Counted from the stretch's first letter, positions 8,903-18,773 are shown. The stretch: 64,000 bases of DNA from Dehalococcoidia bacterium (GCA_963663895.2 CAXXRD010000002.1:349889-413888), one strand, 5' to 3'. The notes: generated by a model from the letters alone, not told the origin. Program-made: numbers and translations.

Positions 8903-9427
8903 ATGCGCCCACCCTCACCGACGCACGCCATCGCGAACGGCTTCAGCCAGCTCGCTTACGTCGTCCCGGACATCGCCGCCTCCGAGCAGTTCTTCATCGA
9001 CACCTTGGGCGTCCCCGGCTTCTTCCGCATCGAAGACATCCCCGTCTACGACTCCACCTACCGCGGCGGGCCCGGCGACTACGGCATGCACCTCTCCCTC
9101 GGCTACGCCGGCGACACCCAGATCGAGCTCGTCCAGCCCCTCCGCGGCCGAAGCCTCTACCAAGAGTTCCTCGACGCCCACGGCCCCGGCCTTCAGCACC
9201 TCGGCTACCTCATCGAGGACGAGCCCGCCGCCATCGCCTACTTCGCCGCCCACCACATCCCCCTGATCCAAAGCGGGCGCCTCGGCACCAATCCCGGCAT
9301 GCGCTACGCCTACTTCGACACCACCCCCCAAATCGGCATCGTCACCGAAACCCTCCTCCTCGACGAGGAAACCCGAACGCTCTTCGCCCGCGTCAAGAAC
9401 GGCAAGCACGGCGTGTACCGCGCATAA
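8903..9427 (+). CDS. VOC (glyoxalase/bleomycin resistance/dioxygenase) family protein
   Basis: FSQLAYVVPDIAASEQFFIDTLGV...GLQHLGYLIED is a typical VOC fold pattern. Start trimmed to the ATG at 8903. Confidence 0.8.
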   Translation: MRPPSPTHAIANGFSQLAYVVPDIAASEQFFIDTLGVPGFFRIEDIPVYDSTYRGGPGDYGMHLSLGYAGDTQIELVQPLRGRSLYQEFLDAHGPGLQHLGYLIEDEPAAIAYFAAHHIPLIQSGRLGTNPGMRYAYFDTTPQIGIVTETLLLDEETRTLFARVKNGKHGVYRA

Positions 9428-9642
9428 GGGCCGTTGTCCCCGGCGACATGCTCTGGGTCGTGGCGCCGCGGGCCTAGAGGGTCGGAGGCTAGCGACCGCG
9501 CCCCAGGAACGCATGCACTTCGCTCACTGGAAAAGCATCGTCCTTCAGGACCTCCCGAGCGAGCGGGGTTGCCCTTCGGCAGGGCCGCCCGCAGTCCAAC
9601 GCGACACCGATGGACAGCCGCCACGCTGTAGGCGCGGCTCTT

Positions 9643-9697
9643 GCTTGCCCGGGCCGATGCTCCAGCGTAGAGATATCGGGGAGACGGGGCGGGAGCA
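9643..9697. repeat. repeat copy C (partial, core only)
   Basis: cttgcccgggccgatgctccagcgtagagatatcggggagacggggcgggagcag matches the right-hand roughly 50 nt of copies A and B. It lies about 120 nt upstream of the FeS/NrfD gene. Confidence 0.65.
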
Positions 9698-9818
9698 GCG
9701 CGCCGATCCGGTGCGGAGGCAAGAGACGCCGCCCTCGCCGGGGATGGCTGCTACGCTTTTGGTCGCCGACTGAAACCCTCCGGCCGAGGCACTCGGCCGG
9801 AGTTGCGAGGAATACGGA

Positions 9819-11348
9819 TTGGCTGCGACCGAGAGCCTCGCATCTGCCGCGAATCCCCCCACCTGGGTCAAGATCATCGACCAACAGCGCTGCATCGGCT
9901 GCCATGCGTGCAGCGTCGCCTGCAAGGCCGAGAACGATGTCCCCTTGGGCGTCCATCGCACCTTCGTGAAGGAGGTCGAGGTTGGACGGTTCCCCAGCGT
10001 AGCGCGCAGCTTCCAAGTCACCCGCTGCAACCAATGCGAGAACGCGCCCTGCACCAGCGTGTGCCCCACGCGGGCGATGTACCGCCGGCCCGACGGCATC
10101 GTCGACTTCGACCGGGCCATCTGCATCGGCTGCAAGGCCTGCCTGAACGCCTGCCCCTACGACGCGATCTACATCGATCCGGTATCGCGGAGCGCGGAGA
10201 AATGTAACTTCTGCGCGCACCGCATCGACCGCGGTCTCGAGCCCGCCTGCGTCTCCGTTTGCCCCACGGAGGCGATCATCGTGGGAGACCGGCGGCGCCC
10301 ATCCGCCGCCCTGAGCCGGTACCTCGGGGATCGCGACCTGCGCGTGCGCAAGCCGGAACGCGGCACGCATCCGAAGCTCTTCTATCACGGTGGGGACGGT
10401 CGCGGGCTCGACCCGCTGATCACGGATCTCACCCGCCCGCGCGCCGCGACCGAGCGGCCGATCGGCGCCACGGTCACGCAAGCGGCGGCGATCATGGGCG
10501 ACGGCGGCGCGCGCGCGGCGCCATGGGGCTGGCGGATCTCCGCCTACACCTGGACGAAAGCGGTGGCGGCGGGGCCGTTCCTGCTGTGGCCGTTCCTGGC
10601 GCTCGGCATGACGCTCGAACGGCAAGCGTGGACGCTCCCCCTGGCGGCGATCGCCGCCACGGGGCTCGCGCTCACGGTCGCGTTGCTGGTAGCGGATCTC
10701 ACGCACCCGAAGCGCTTCTACCGCATGCTGGTGCAGCCGCACTGGCGCTCGTGGCTCGTGCGGGGCGGGGTCGCGCTCCTGCTGGCCTCCGCGGGCGTCG
10801 GCCTATTCTTGATCGCCGGGCTGGTCAATTCCAGCGTATTCATCACGGCAGCGGGGTGGCTGCTGCTTCCACTGGCGCTGGGGCTCGCCGGCTACACCGC
10901 CTTCCTCTTCCGCGACAGCAAAGGGTGCCGGCTCTGGCAGAGCCCGCTGCTTCCCCTGCATCTCCTCGTGCAAGCAGCCGTGATCGGGGCCGGGGTCCTC
11001 GTGTTGGTAGAGAGCGCGGCGCAGCTTCCCTGGTCCGACCTGCGCGCGCTGGTGGGGATCTTGCTCGCCGGATCGCTCTTGCACACGGCCCTGATCGTCA
11101 GTGAGTTCGCGCTGTCCAACCACGAAGCCGAGAGCCGTGCGGCCCTGCAGGCGCTGCGGCGCGGGCGCTTGCGAGGCTGGCTGTGGCTGGGAGCGGGCGG
11201 CGTCGCGCTGGGGATCGGGCTCGCCGTCGTGAGTTTGTCGATGGCGGAGCCCGTCGCGGCGTACGTGGCGGCGGGTGTCGTGATCGCGGCGATCGGCGCC
11301 TACGAGCATGCGTACGTGCAGGCGGGGCAGTCCGTCCCGCTGGCTTGA
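9819..11348 (+). CDS. 4Fe-4S dicluster protein fused to an NrfD/PsrC-like integral membrane domain
   Basis: The N-terminus has four Cys clusters (CIGCHACSVACK, CNQCENAPC, CIGCKACLNACP, CNFCAHR...C..CP), like DMSO-reductase-family B subunits. The C-terminal roughly 300 aa are multi-TM. TTG start with GAGGA 7 nt upstream. Confidence 0.85.
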   Translation: MAATESLASAANPPTWVKIIDQQRCIGCHACSVACKAENDVPLGVHRTFVKEVEVGRFPSVARSFQVTRCNQCENAPCTSVCPTRAMYRRPDGIVDFDRAICIGCKACLNACPYDAIYIDPVSRSAEKCNFCAHRIDRGLEPACVSVCPTEAIIVGDRRRPSAALSRYLGDRDLRVRKPERGTHPKLFYHGGDGRGLDPLITDLTRPRAATERPIGATVTQAAAIMGDGGARAAPWGWRISAYTWTKAVAAGPFLLWPFLALGMTLERQAWTLPLAAIAATGLALTVALLVADLTHPKRFYRMLVQPHWRSWLVRGGVALLLASAGVGLFLIAGLVNSSVFITAAGWLLLPLALGLAGYTAFLFRDSKGCRLWQSPLLPLHLLVQAAVIGAGVLVLVESAAQLPWSDLRALVGILLAGSLLHTALIVSEFALSNHEAESRAALQALRRGRLRGWLWLGAGGVALGIGLAVVSLSMAEPVAAYVAAGVVIAAIGAYEHAYVQAGQSVPLA

Positions 11349-11372
11349 GCGATCCGATCGGAGAGCAAGACG

Positions 11373-14300
11373 ATGACCGGTGATCCCACTCCTCCGCCCC
11401 ATAGCGGCGTACTGCGCGCCGGACCGGAGCTCGCCGAGTGGAAGCACTGGACCGAATGGGACGCGCGCGCCTGGCCCGAGCGGAAAGAGCGCGCCTACCA
11501 GCTGGTGCCCACGGTCTGCTTCAACTGCGAAGCGGCTTGCGGATTGGTGGCGTTCGTCGACAAGTCGACGGGCGCGATCGCCAAGTTGGAGGGACACCCG
11601 CTGCACCCGGCGAGCCGCGGCCGCAACTGCGCCAAAGGGCCGGCCACGCTCGCCCAGGTGCAGAATCCGGATCGCATTCTCTATCCCCTGCGGCGCGTCG
11701 GGCCACGCGGATCGGGCCGCTGGGAGCGCGTCACGTGGGAGGCGGCCTTGGACGATCTGGCCGCGCGGATCCGGGAGGAGCTGCTGGCCGGCCGCCGCGA
11801 CCGGATCGTCTACCACGTCGGGCGGCCCGGAGAGGACCTCTACACGGAGCGGGTCCTGGCGACTTGGGGCGTCGACGGGCACAACTCGCACACGAACGTC
11901 TGCTCGGCCGCCGCCCGCGCCGGCTACGCCTTCTGGATGGGGATAGACCGCCCGATGCCCGATCACGAGCGGGCGCGCTTCTTGCTCATGCTCAGCTCGC
12001 ACCTGGAAGCGGGGCACTACTTCAACCCCCAGGCGCAGCGGATCATCGAGGCCCAGGCGAGTGGCCGGGCGAAGCTCTGCGTGATCGACACGCGCCTCTC
12101 CAACTCCGCCGCGAAGGCCGACTACTGGCTCGCACCCTGGCCGGGCACGGAAGCGGCGCTGCTGCTCGCGGTCGCGAGCTTTCTGATCCGGGAAGACCGG
12201 TGCGACTGGGAGTTCGTGCGCCGCTGGACGAACTGGCGCCAGCTGCTCGGGGAGCGCGGCTACCTGGCCACCCTCCGGAGGAACGGGCGGATCCGCATCA
12301 TCCCCGCGGCGGATGACTTCGACGCGTTCAAGTCGCTGCTGGCAGAGCTCTACGCGCCCTACACGTTCGCGGCCGCCGCCGAGGAGTGCGGGGTCGCAGA
12401 GGAAACGCTCCAGGCCGTCGCGCAGGAGGTGGCGGCAGCCGGCTCCGGGCTGGCGACGCACGTCTGGCGCAACGCCGCGGCGGGCAACCGCGGCGGCTGG
12501 ATGGTGGCCCGCTGCCTCTTTTTGCTGAACGTCCTCACCGGATCAGTGGGAAGCGAGGGCGGGACGCTGCCCAATCAGTGGACGAAGTTCGTGCCGCAGC
12601 CCCACAGCATGCCGGCTCCGGTGCAGACCTGGAACGAAACTCTGTGGCCCGCCGCTTGGCCGCTGGCGCACTTCGAGCTGAGCTTCCTGCTGCCTCATCT
12701 GCTGCGTTCCCAGGAGCAGCAGATCGGCGTCTATTTCACGCGCGTCTACAACCCCGTCTGGACGAACCCGGACGGATTCGCCTGGATCGACCTGCTCTCC
12801 GACGAGCGCCGCATCGGCCTGCACGCGGCGCTCACGCCGGTCTGGAGCGAGAGCGCGCAGTACGCCGATTACGTGTTGCCGATGGGACTCGGCCCCGAGC
12901 GACACGACCTGCACAGCTACGAGACGCATGCGGCGCAATGGATCGGCTTCCGCCAGCCGGTGCAGCGGGTCGTGCGCGCGGACCGCGGGGAGACCGTGGA
13001 CTCCACGCTGGGCAGCAATGCGGGGGAGGTGTGGGAGGAGAACGAGTTCTGGATCGAGCTTTCGTGGCGGATCGATCCCGACGGGGCGCTGGGCATCCGC
13101 CGCCACTTCGCGTCGCCCTACCGGCCCGGCGCTCGGATCACGATCGAGGAGTACTACCGCTGGATCTTCGAGCACTCCGTGCCCGGCTTGCCGGAAGCGG
13201 CCGCCGCGGCCGAGGCGTCACCGTTGCAGTTCATGCGGGAGCGGGGCGCCTTCGAAGTGACACGGGATGTGTATCGCTTGCACGAGCAGCCCGTGGATGC
13301 CGCGCTCGCCGCGGCGGCGACCAGGCATGATGGCGCGCTCTGGACGGAGCAGCCGCCGCCCAAAGTGAACTTCGCTCCCATCCCGGGTCCCTTCCGGGAC
13401 GCGGAGGGGCGTGTGCGGATCGGCATCGTGGATGAATCCGGCACTGCCGTGCAAGGCTTCCCCACGCCATCGGGCAAGCTCGAGTTCTTTTCATCGACGC
13501 TGAACGATTGGGGCTGGCCGGAGTGCGCGATTCCCTTCTACCCGCTCACCCCGAAGCAGCGAGAAGAGACGTCCGCGCTCGTGAGCCAAGTCCATCCTTC
13601 CCAGATCGACACCACGGCGAATGAATACGTCCTGCTTCCCACGTTCCGCCTCCCAACGCTGATCCACAGCCGCACGAATGGGGCGAAGTGGCTGCACGAA
13701 CTCGCCCACGTCAACCCCGTGTGGATCCACCCGCAGGACGCCGCGCGAGTGGGCGTGACGAGCGGCGAGCTGGTCCGGGTGGAAACCGCGATCGGATCGT
13801 TCGTCGACCGCTGCTGGGTGACGGAGGCGCTCCGTCCCGGGGTCGTCGCTTGCTCGCATCACTTGGGCCGCTGGCGCTTGCAGGAAGAGCATGGCAGCGA
13901 TCGCTGGAATTCGTCCTTGGTATCGATCGAGCAAGAGATCGATCAAGAGAAGGAGATCTGGCGGATGCGGCGCCGCCACGGCGCCGGCCCTTTCCAAGGC
14001 GACCGAGACTCCGCGCGGATCTGGTGGTCGGACGGCGGCGTGCACCAGAATCTCATCTTCCCCGTACAGCCCGATCCGATTAGCGGGCAACACTGCTGGC
14101 ATCAGAAGGTGCGGCTGCGGCGCGCGACGGAGGATGCGTACGGCGAGATTACGGTCGACCAAGCAGCGGCGCGGCGCGTCTATGAGGACTGGCGCGCCTT
14201 GACCCGCTTCCCGACCGCCCAGCGCGAGCGCCGACCCTACTGGCTCCTGCGGCCGCTCAAGCCGCATCCCGACGCCTACCGGCGGGACGCGGCACCGTAA
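11373..14300 (+). CDS. molybdopterin (bis-MGD) oxidoreductase catalytic subunit
   Basis: 975 aa. N-terminal CFNCEAACG...C FeS motif followed by a typical MopB-family sequence. No twin-arginine motif is visible in the first 45 residues. Confidence 0.9.
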   Translation: MTGDPTPPPHSGVLRAGPELAEWKHWTEWDARAWPERKERAYQLVPTVCFNCEAACGLVAFVDKSTGAIAKLEGHPLHPASRGRNCAKGPATLAQVQNPDRILYPLRRVGPRGSGRWERVTWEAALDDLAARIREELLAGRRDRIVYHVGRPGEDLYTERVLATWGVDGHNSHTNVCSAAARAGYAFWMGIDRPMPDHERARFLLMLSSHLEAGHYFNPQAQRIIEAQASGRAKLCVIDTRLSNSAAKADYWLAPWPGTEAALLLAVASFLIREDRCDWEFVRRWTNWRQLLGERGYLATLRRNGRIRIIPAADDFDAFKSLLAELYAPYTFAAAAEECGVAEETLQAVAQEVAAAGSGLATHVWRNAAAGNRGGWMVARCLFLLNVLTGSVGSEGGTLPNQWTKFVPQPHSMPAPVQTWNETLWPAAWPLAHFELSFLLPHLLRSQEQQIGVYFTRVYNPVWTNPDGFAWIDLLSDERRIGLHAALTPVWSESAQYADYVLPMGLGPERHDLHSYETHAAQWIGFRQPVQRVVRADRGETVDSTLGSNAGEVWEENEFWIELSWRIDPDGALGIRRHFASPYRPGARITIEEYYRWIFEHSVPGLPEAAAAAEASPLQFMRERGAFEVTRDVYRLHEQPVDAALAAAATRHDGALWTEQPPPKVNFAPIPGPFRDAEGRVRIGIVDESGTAVQGFPTPSGKLEFFSSTLNDWGWPECAIPFYPLTPKQREETSALVSQVHPSQIDTTANEYVLLPTFRLPTLIHSRTNGAKWLHELAHVNPVWIHPQDAARVGVTSGELVRVETAIGSFVDRCWVTEALRPGVVACSHHLGRWRLQEEHGSDRWNSSLVSIEQEIDQEKEIWRMRRRHGAGPFQGDRDSARIWWSDGGVHQNLIFPVQPDPISGQHCWHQKVRLRRATEDAYGEITVDQAAARRVYEDWRALTRFPTAQRERRPYWLLRPLKPHPDAYRRDAAP

Positions 14301-14381
14301 CGCCGGCGGATCGTCCGGCGCGGCCGGACGGCCGCGCTAGAATCGCTCAGGACAGCGAGAGGGCAGCAGAGGAGAGTCGCG

Positions 14382-15803
14382 ATGCTTCTCAAGCAATTCT
14401 ACCTCGGCTGCCTGGCGCAAGCCTCTTATCTCATCGGCGATCGGGAGCACGGCGCCGCCGTGGTCGTCGATCCGCGTCGCGATATCGACGAGTACGTCGA
14501 CGAGGCGGAGCGCCTCGGCTTACGGATCGAGCGCGTCATTCTGACGCACTTCCACGCCGATTTCGTGGCCGGGCACATTGAGCTTCGCGATCGCGTGGGG
14601 GCGCGGATCTGCCTGGGCGCCGGCGCCCAAGCGGACTACCCGTTCGATCCGCTCCACGACGGCGACGTAATCACGCTCGGGCGGGTGCGTCTCGAGATCC
14701 TCGCCACGCCGGGGCACACGCCCGAGGCGATCTGCATCTTGGTACGAGACCTCGGCGCACCCGAGGAGCCGGGAGCGCTGCTCACGGGGGACACGCTCTT
14801 CATCGGCGACGTCGGACGTCCCGATCTGATGGCGTCACCCGGCACCTCCGCCGTTGACTTGGCGGGGCAACTCTACGACTCGCTGCATGGCAAGCTGCTG
14901 TCTCTGCCCGATGAGACGATCGTGTATCCGGGACACGGCGCAGGGTCGCTTTGCGGCAAGAACATGAGCTCGGAAACGTCGTCACCCTTGGGCGTGCAGC
15001 GCCGCTACAACTATGCCCTTCAATCCATGAGCAAAGAGGCGTTTGTGGACCTGGTGACGGCCGACCAGCCGGAAGCGCCCGCCTACTTCGCTTACGACGC
15101 CGACTTCAACCGCCGCGAGCGGATACGGCTGGACGAGATCCTGCCGGCGGAGCTGCGGCCGCACGCGCTGGGCGCCGTGCTCCAAGCACAGCAGGACGGC
15201 GCCCAAATCATCGACGTACGGGATCCCGGAGAGTTCGCGGCGGCACACCTGGCGGGGGCGATCAATATCGGATTGGGCGGCCAATACGCCAGTTGGGCCG
15301 GGACCTTGCTGGATCGAGCGCGACCGATCGTCCTCATCTGCGAGCCAGACGCCGAAGTGGAAGCGGCGACGCGGATGGGGCGGGTCGGAATCGAGAACAT
15401 CGCCGGCTATCTCGCAGGCGGGATGGCGTCGGTGCGAGAGCGGCCCGATTTGCTTCGCAGCTTTCGCCGCTACGCTCCCCGGACGCTGCGGGAGCGGCTC
15501 CAGGACGCGGATGACCCGTACCTCCTGGACGTGCGGCGCGAAGGAGAGACCCGACTCGGCCGCATCGCCGGCAGCGCCAATGTGCCGCTCGGCCAGCTGG
15601 AGCAGCGGATCGAGGAGGTCCCCCGCGACCGCGAAGTCACGATCTACTGCGCCGGGGGGTATCGCTCGGCGATCGCGGCGGGCATTCTACAGGCGCACGG
15701 CTTCACGCAGCTGAGCGACCTCGCAGGCGGCTACAACGCCTGGGTGGCGAGCGGGTGCCCGGCGGAAGCTCCGCCCGAGCGTTCGCAGAGTCCGTCCGTC
15801 TGA
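14382..15803 (+). CDS. MBL-fold hydrolase (persulfide-dioxygenase-like) fused to rhodanese domains
   Basis: THFHADFVAGH metallo-beta-lactamase motif. A C-terminal rhodanese active-site loop (YCAGGYRS). Confidence 0.85.
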   Translation: MLLKQFYLGCLAQASYLIGDREHGAAVVVDPRRDIDEYVDEAERLGLRIERVILTHFHADFVAGHIELRDRVGARICLGAGAQADYPFDPLHDGDVITLGRVRLEILATPGHTPEAICILVRDLGAPEEPGALLTGDTLFIGDVGRPDLMASPGTSAVDLAGQLYDSLHGKLLSLPDETIVYPGHGAGSLCGKNMSSETSSPLGVQRRYNYALQSMSKEAFVDLVTADQPEAPAYFAYDADFNRRERIRLDEILPAELRPHALGAVLQAQQDGAQIIDVRDPGEFAAAHLAGAINIGLGGQYASWAGTLLDRARPIVLICEPDAEVEAATRMGRVGIENIAGYLAGGMASVRERPDLLRSFRRYAPRTLRERLQDADDPYLLDVRREGETRLGRIAGSANVPLGQLEQRIEEVPRDREVTIYCAGGYRSAIAAGILQAHGFTQLSDLAGGYNAWVASGCPAEAPPERSQSPSV

Positions 15804-15955
15804 CGGGGCGATCCCCGCACGCGACCGGACGCCGTCCCCAGCGGGGCAGCGCCGGCCCCAACAGCGCCGCGCCGCCAGGGCTCCGGGCAGACTCACGTGT
15901 GCAGCCGACGCGGTCGCGTGATGGCCGATGCGCCCTCCCGGCGCTTGGAGCGAAG

Positions 15956-16873
15956 CTAGCGTCGTACGGGGATCGTCTCCGCGAACGTCTCGAGCGCCGC
16001 ATCCAAAGCCGCGGCCTGCCCCTCGCCGTGGTAGATGTCGTAGGCGCCGCAGGGAACCAGCACGAGACTTTTCGGTTCGCGCGCCTTCTTGTAGGCGTCT
16101 TGGATGTGCTCAAGCAGGTGGATCACGTCCCAGCCGCCCGAGGTGACGATGCGAAGCGGGCGCGGAGCGATCTGATGGATCACGCTCTCCGGATTGAATT
16201 CGATCACCTTTTCGATCGACTCCAGCGCGATCTCCGGCTCCGAAATCAGGAGCGGCTTTCCGGTCCGCTCCGTGTAGTCCGTGAAGAAGCGCATCGTGCG
16301 TGCATCCATGGGGATGATGCCGGCGCTGCCCCCGCGCTGCGTGGGCGGCACGCGCTCGCTTTGGCCCGTCTCGTAGCGCCGCTTGCGATCGGCTTCAAGC
16401 CGATCTTGCAACTCCTCCCAACCGGCGCTGGTGAGCAGCGCTTGCATCCAGCGGCGCCCGTTCACGACCGGGACCTCCGCCACGACCGCCTTGACCCGGC
16501 GATCGACGGCGGCCGTCCAGATCACCACCGCGCCGCCAAAGCTGGCGCCCCAAATACCGATGCGATCCGGGTCCACCTCGGGCCGGTGCTGGAGATAGCT
16601 CACCGCGTTGCGAAAGTCCTCCACTTGGTTCAGCGGGAAGAGCTGCCCGCGCGGCTCGCCTTCGCTCGCGCCGAAAGTGCGGTAGTCGATCGCCAGCACG
16701 ACGTATCCCGCGCGGCGGAAGAACTCCGCCTCCGTCGCCAGTGACTGCTTGACGACCCCGAACCCGTGCCCGAGCACCAGTCCCGGCCGCCGCTCCTCGG
16801 GCGACAGGCCATCGGGGAGGCCCAGCTCTCCCGCCACCCGCACGCCGCCGCTCGGTACCCAAACGTTCTCCAT
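15956..16873 (-). CDS. alpha/beta hydrolase
   Basis: GIWGASFGG nucleophile elbow (GxSxG) and HGFG oxyanion region. Confidence 0.8.
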   Translation of the reverse strand: MENVWVPSGGVRVAGELGLPDGLSPEERRPGLVLGHGFGVVKQSLATEAEFFRRAGYVVLAIDYRTFGASEGEPRGQLFPLNQVEDFRNAVSYLQHRPEVDPDRIGIWGASFGGAVVIWTAAVDRRVKAVVAEVPVVNGRRWMQALLTSAGWEELQDRLEADRKRRYETGQSERVPPTQRGGSAGIIPMDARTMRFFTDYTERTGKPLLISEPEIALESIEKVIEFNPESVIHQIAPRPLRIVTSGGWDVIHLLEHIQDAYKKAREPKSLVLVPCGAYDIYHGEGQAAALDAALETFAETIPVRR

Positions 16874-16902
16874 GACGTATCGCCTCCGCTCTTCGGGTCA
16901 GT

Positions 16903-17859
16903 TCATCCGGTTCGCCACCACGCGGCAAGCTCCGGAGCCATGCGGTAGTAGGCCTGCGCGTCGCCGCCCGCGGACCAGGCGTAGGTGATCGGCCAGTTGC
17001 GCCGGGCAAAGCGACGGGTCACGAGTGCGCTGAAGGCGTCGAGATCGGCGCGGCAGTCGTCGTCCGAGCGTCCGACCTTCTCCACCAGCTCACTGAAGGG
17101 GACGTGCTCGCCCGCCCGCGCGGCGCACGACTCCAGCAGAGTCCTGACCGTGGCGCTCTGCAACTCGTCGCGCAGCCGCACCAGATCCTCTTGCGTCCAC
17201 CCGACGAGCGGATAGTCGCGCACGAGGTAGTCGATCGGGCTCCGCACCTCCCCTTGCACCATGGGCACGCAGTCCGCAGGGAACTCCTGCGTGAATTCGA
17301 AGCCGCGCGCCTTGAGCTCGACGATGAAGCGGTCCAGGTGCCGGCCCGCGTCAGGCAAGAAATCGTGCACGACCACGAGAGACCAGTCCAGCTGGCCGCA
17401 CAGATCCAGCCCGATCTCTACCCAGCCGCCATCCTGATGCTCCCAATCACGCGGAACGCAATTCCAGTTCACGCACGTGTAGCGACCGCCCAGCAGGTAG
17501 TCACGGGCCTCGGGGCTGAAGACCCGGTCGTCGAGGAAGCCGCCAGCCCCGAACGGCCGGAAATACCGGAGCGGGTGGCTGTAGCCGCCGATCACGTCCT
17601 GGGTACGGCCGATCTCGCGGGCCGGCGCCTCGGGATCCGTATCCTCACCCAAGGGAATCGAGTGGGTGTAGGTGTGGTTCCCGATCCAGTGGCCCTCGGC
17701 GTGCGCCCGCTCCATCAGCGCCCGGCCTGCGGGCGTCGCGGCTTTCTCGCCGATCACAAAGAACGTCGATTGCAGTCCATGCCGCGCCAGCGTCTCAAGC
17801 ACTCCCGGCGTGACGTCGGGATCCGGTCCGTTGTCGAGGCTCAATGTGACTTTCGGCAT
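16903..17859 (-). CDS. polysaccharide deacetylase (NodB homology) family protein with an extra C-terminal domain
   Basis: LDNGPDP...TFFVIG...GNHTYTHS NodB motifs. Confidence 0.8.
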   Translation of the reverse strand: MPKVTLSLDNGPDPDVTPGVLETLARHGLQSTFFVIGEKAATPAGRALMERAHAEGHWIGNHTYTHSIPLGEDTDPEAPAREIGRTQDVIGGYSHPLRYFRPFGAGGFLDDRVFSPEARDYLLGGRYTCVNWNCVPRDWEHQDGGWVEIGLDLCGQLDWSLVVVHDFLPDAGRHLDRFIVELKARGFEFTQEFPADCVPMVQGEVRSPIDYLVRDYPLVGWTQEDLVRLRDELQSATVRTLLESCAARAGEHVPFSELVEKVGRSDDDCRADLDAFSALVTRRFARRNWPITYAWSAGGDAQAYYRMAPELAAWWRTG

Positions 17860-17984
17860 CGCGCCCCCCTTGCGCCCATCAACGGGAAACGGGTGGATAC
17901 TACCGGGCCGTCGCCGTTCGCGTCGCCTGACCGCAGCAGCCGAGCGATGCTAGATTGCAGCGCGCGGGTTGGGGAAAGGACGGC

Positions 17985-18764
17985 ATGGGACTGCTCGACG
18001 GCAAGGTAGCGGTGATCACGGGGACCGCGACGGGGATCGGCGCCGCGACGGCGCAGCTGTTCGCGCGCGAAGGAGCGCGCGTCGCCCTGGGCGACATCCA
18101 AGACGCCGAGGCACAGGCCGTCGCGGACGGCATCGCCGGCGCCGGCGGCGACGTCCTATACCGGCACACCGACGTGCGCAGCAATGGGGACGTGCAGGCA
18201 CTCGTGAGCGCGGCGGTGGATCGCTGGGGCGGCCTCGACGTGCTGTTCAACAACGCTGGCATCTTCTGGCGGAACGCTTACGTGGCCGACATCAGCGATG
18301 AGGAGTACGACACCGTGCTCGACGTCAATCTGCGAGGGACTTTCCTCGGGATGCGGCACGCCATTCCCCGCATGATCGAGCGGGGAGGCGGCTCCATCAT
18401 CTCCGCCTCCTCACCGGCGGCGCTGCAGGGCTACAAGCTTGGCGGCGTCTATTGCGCGAGCAAAGCCGGCATCATCGGGCTCACGCGCGCCGCCGCCGTG
18501 GAGTACGCAGATAAGAACATCCGCGTCAACGCGCTCCTGCCCGGCGCCACGGCTACGCCGCAAGCCTTCGCGCATCCGTCGCTGCAGGCCCCGACCCGCG
18601 AGGAGCAATTGGCGCTCTTCGCCAAGGCGCAACCGATCCCCCGTCCCGGCATGCCCGAGGACATCGCCAAGAGCGCCCTGTGGCTCGCCAGCGATCTGTC
18701 CGACTGGATCACGGGACAGGCGATCATCGCCGACGGCGGCTTCATGGCCGACCCGGGGATCTGA
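17985..18764 (+). CDS. SDR family oxidoreductase
   Basis: VAVITGTATGIGAAT (TGxxxGxG), NNAG and YCASKAG (YxxxK). Start trimmed to the ATG at 17985, which has AAAGGA upstream. Confidence 0.85.
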   Translation: MGLLDGKVAVITGTATGIGAATAQLFAREGARVALGDIQDAEAQAVADGIAGAGGDVLYRHTDVRSNGDVQALVSAAVDRWGGLDVLFNNAGIFWRNAYVADISDEEYDTVLDVNLRGTFLGMRHAIPRMIERGGGSIISASSPAALQGYKLGGVYCASKAGIIGLTRAAAVEYADKNIRVNALLPGATATPQAFAHPSLQAPTREEQLALFAKAQPIPRPGMPEDIAKSALWLASDLSDWITGQAIIADGGFMADPGI

Positions 18765-18773
18765 CGCGCGCCC

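Noticed and set aside
6156-12461. Long antisense or overlapping ORFs: 6156..7571 (-), 7678..9477 (+), 9489..10742 (-) and 10803..12461 (-).
   Set aside because: The translations are Arg/Pro/Gly-rich and low in complexity. Each overlaps a well-supported gene (ABC transporter, amidohydrolase, VOC, FeS/NrfD, Mo-oxidoreductase) on the other strand or frame.
14318-14337. A GC-rich hairpin (GCGCGGCC-ggac-GGCCGCGC) after the Mo-oxidoreductase stop, and a weaker one after the SbcC-like stop (near 5056-5078), considered as terminators.
   Set aside because: Neither has a U-tract, and such GC palindromes are common in this composition. I did not call them as features.
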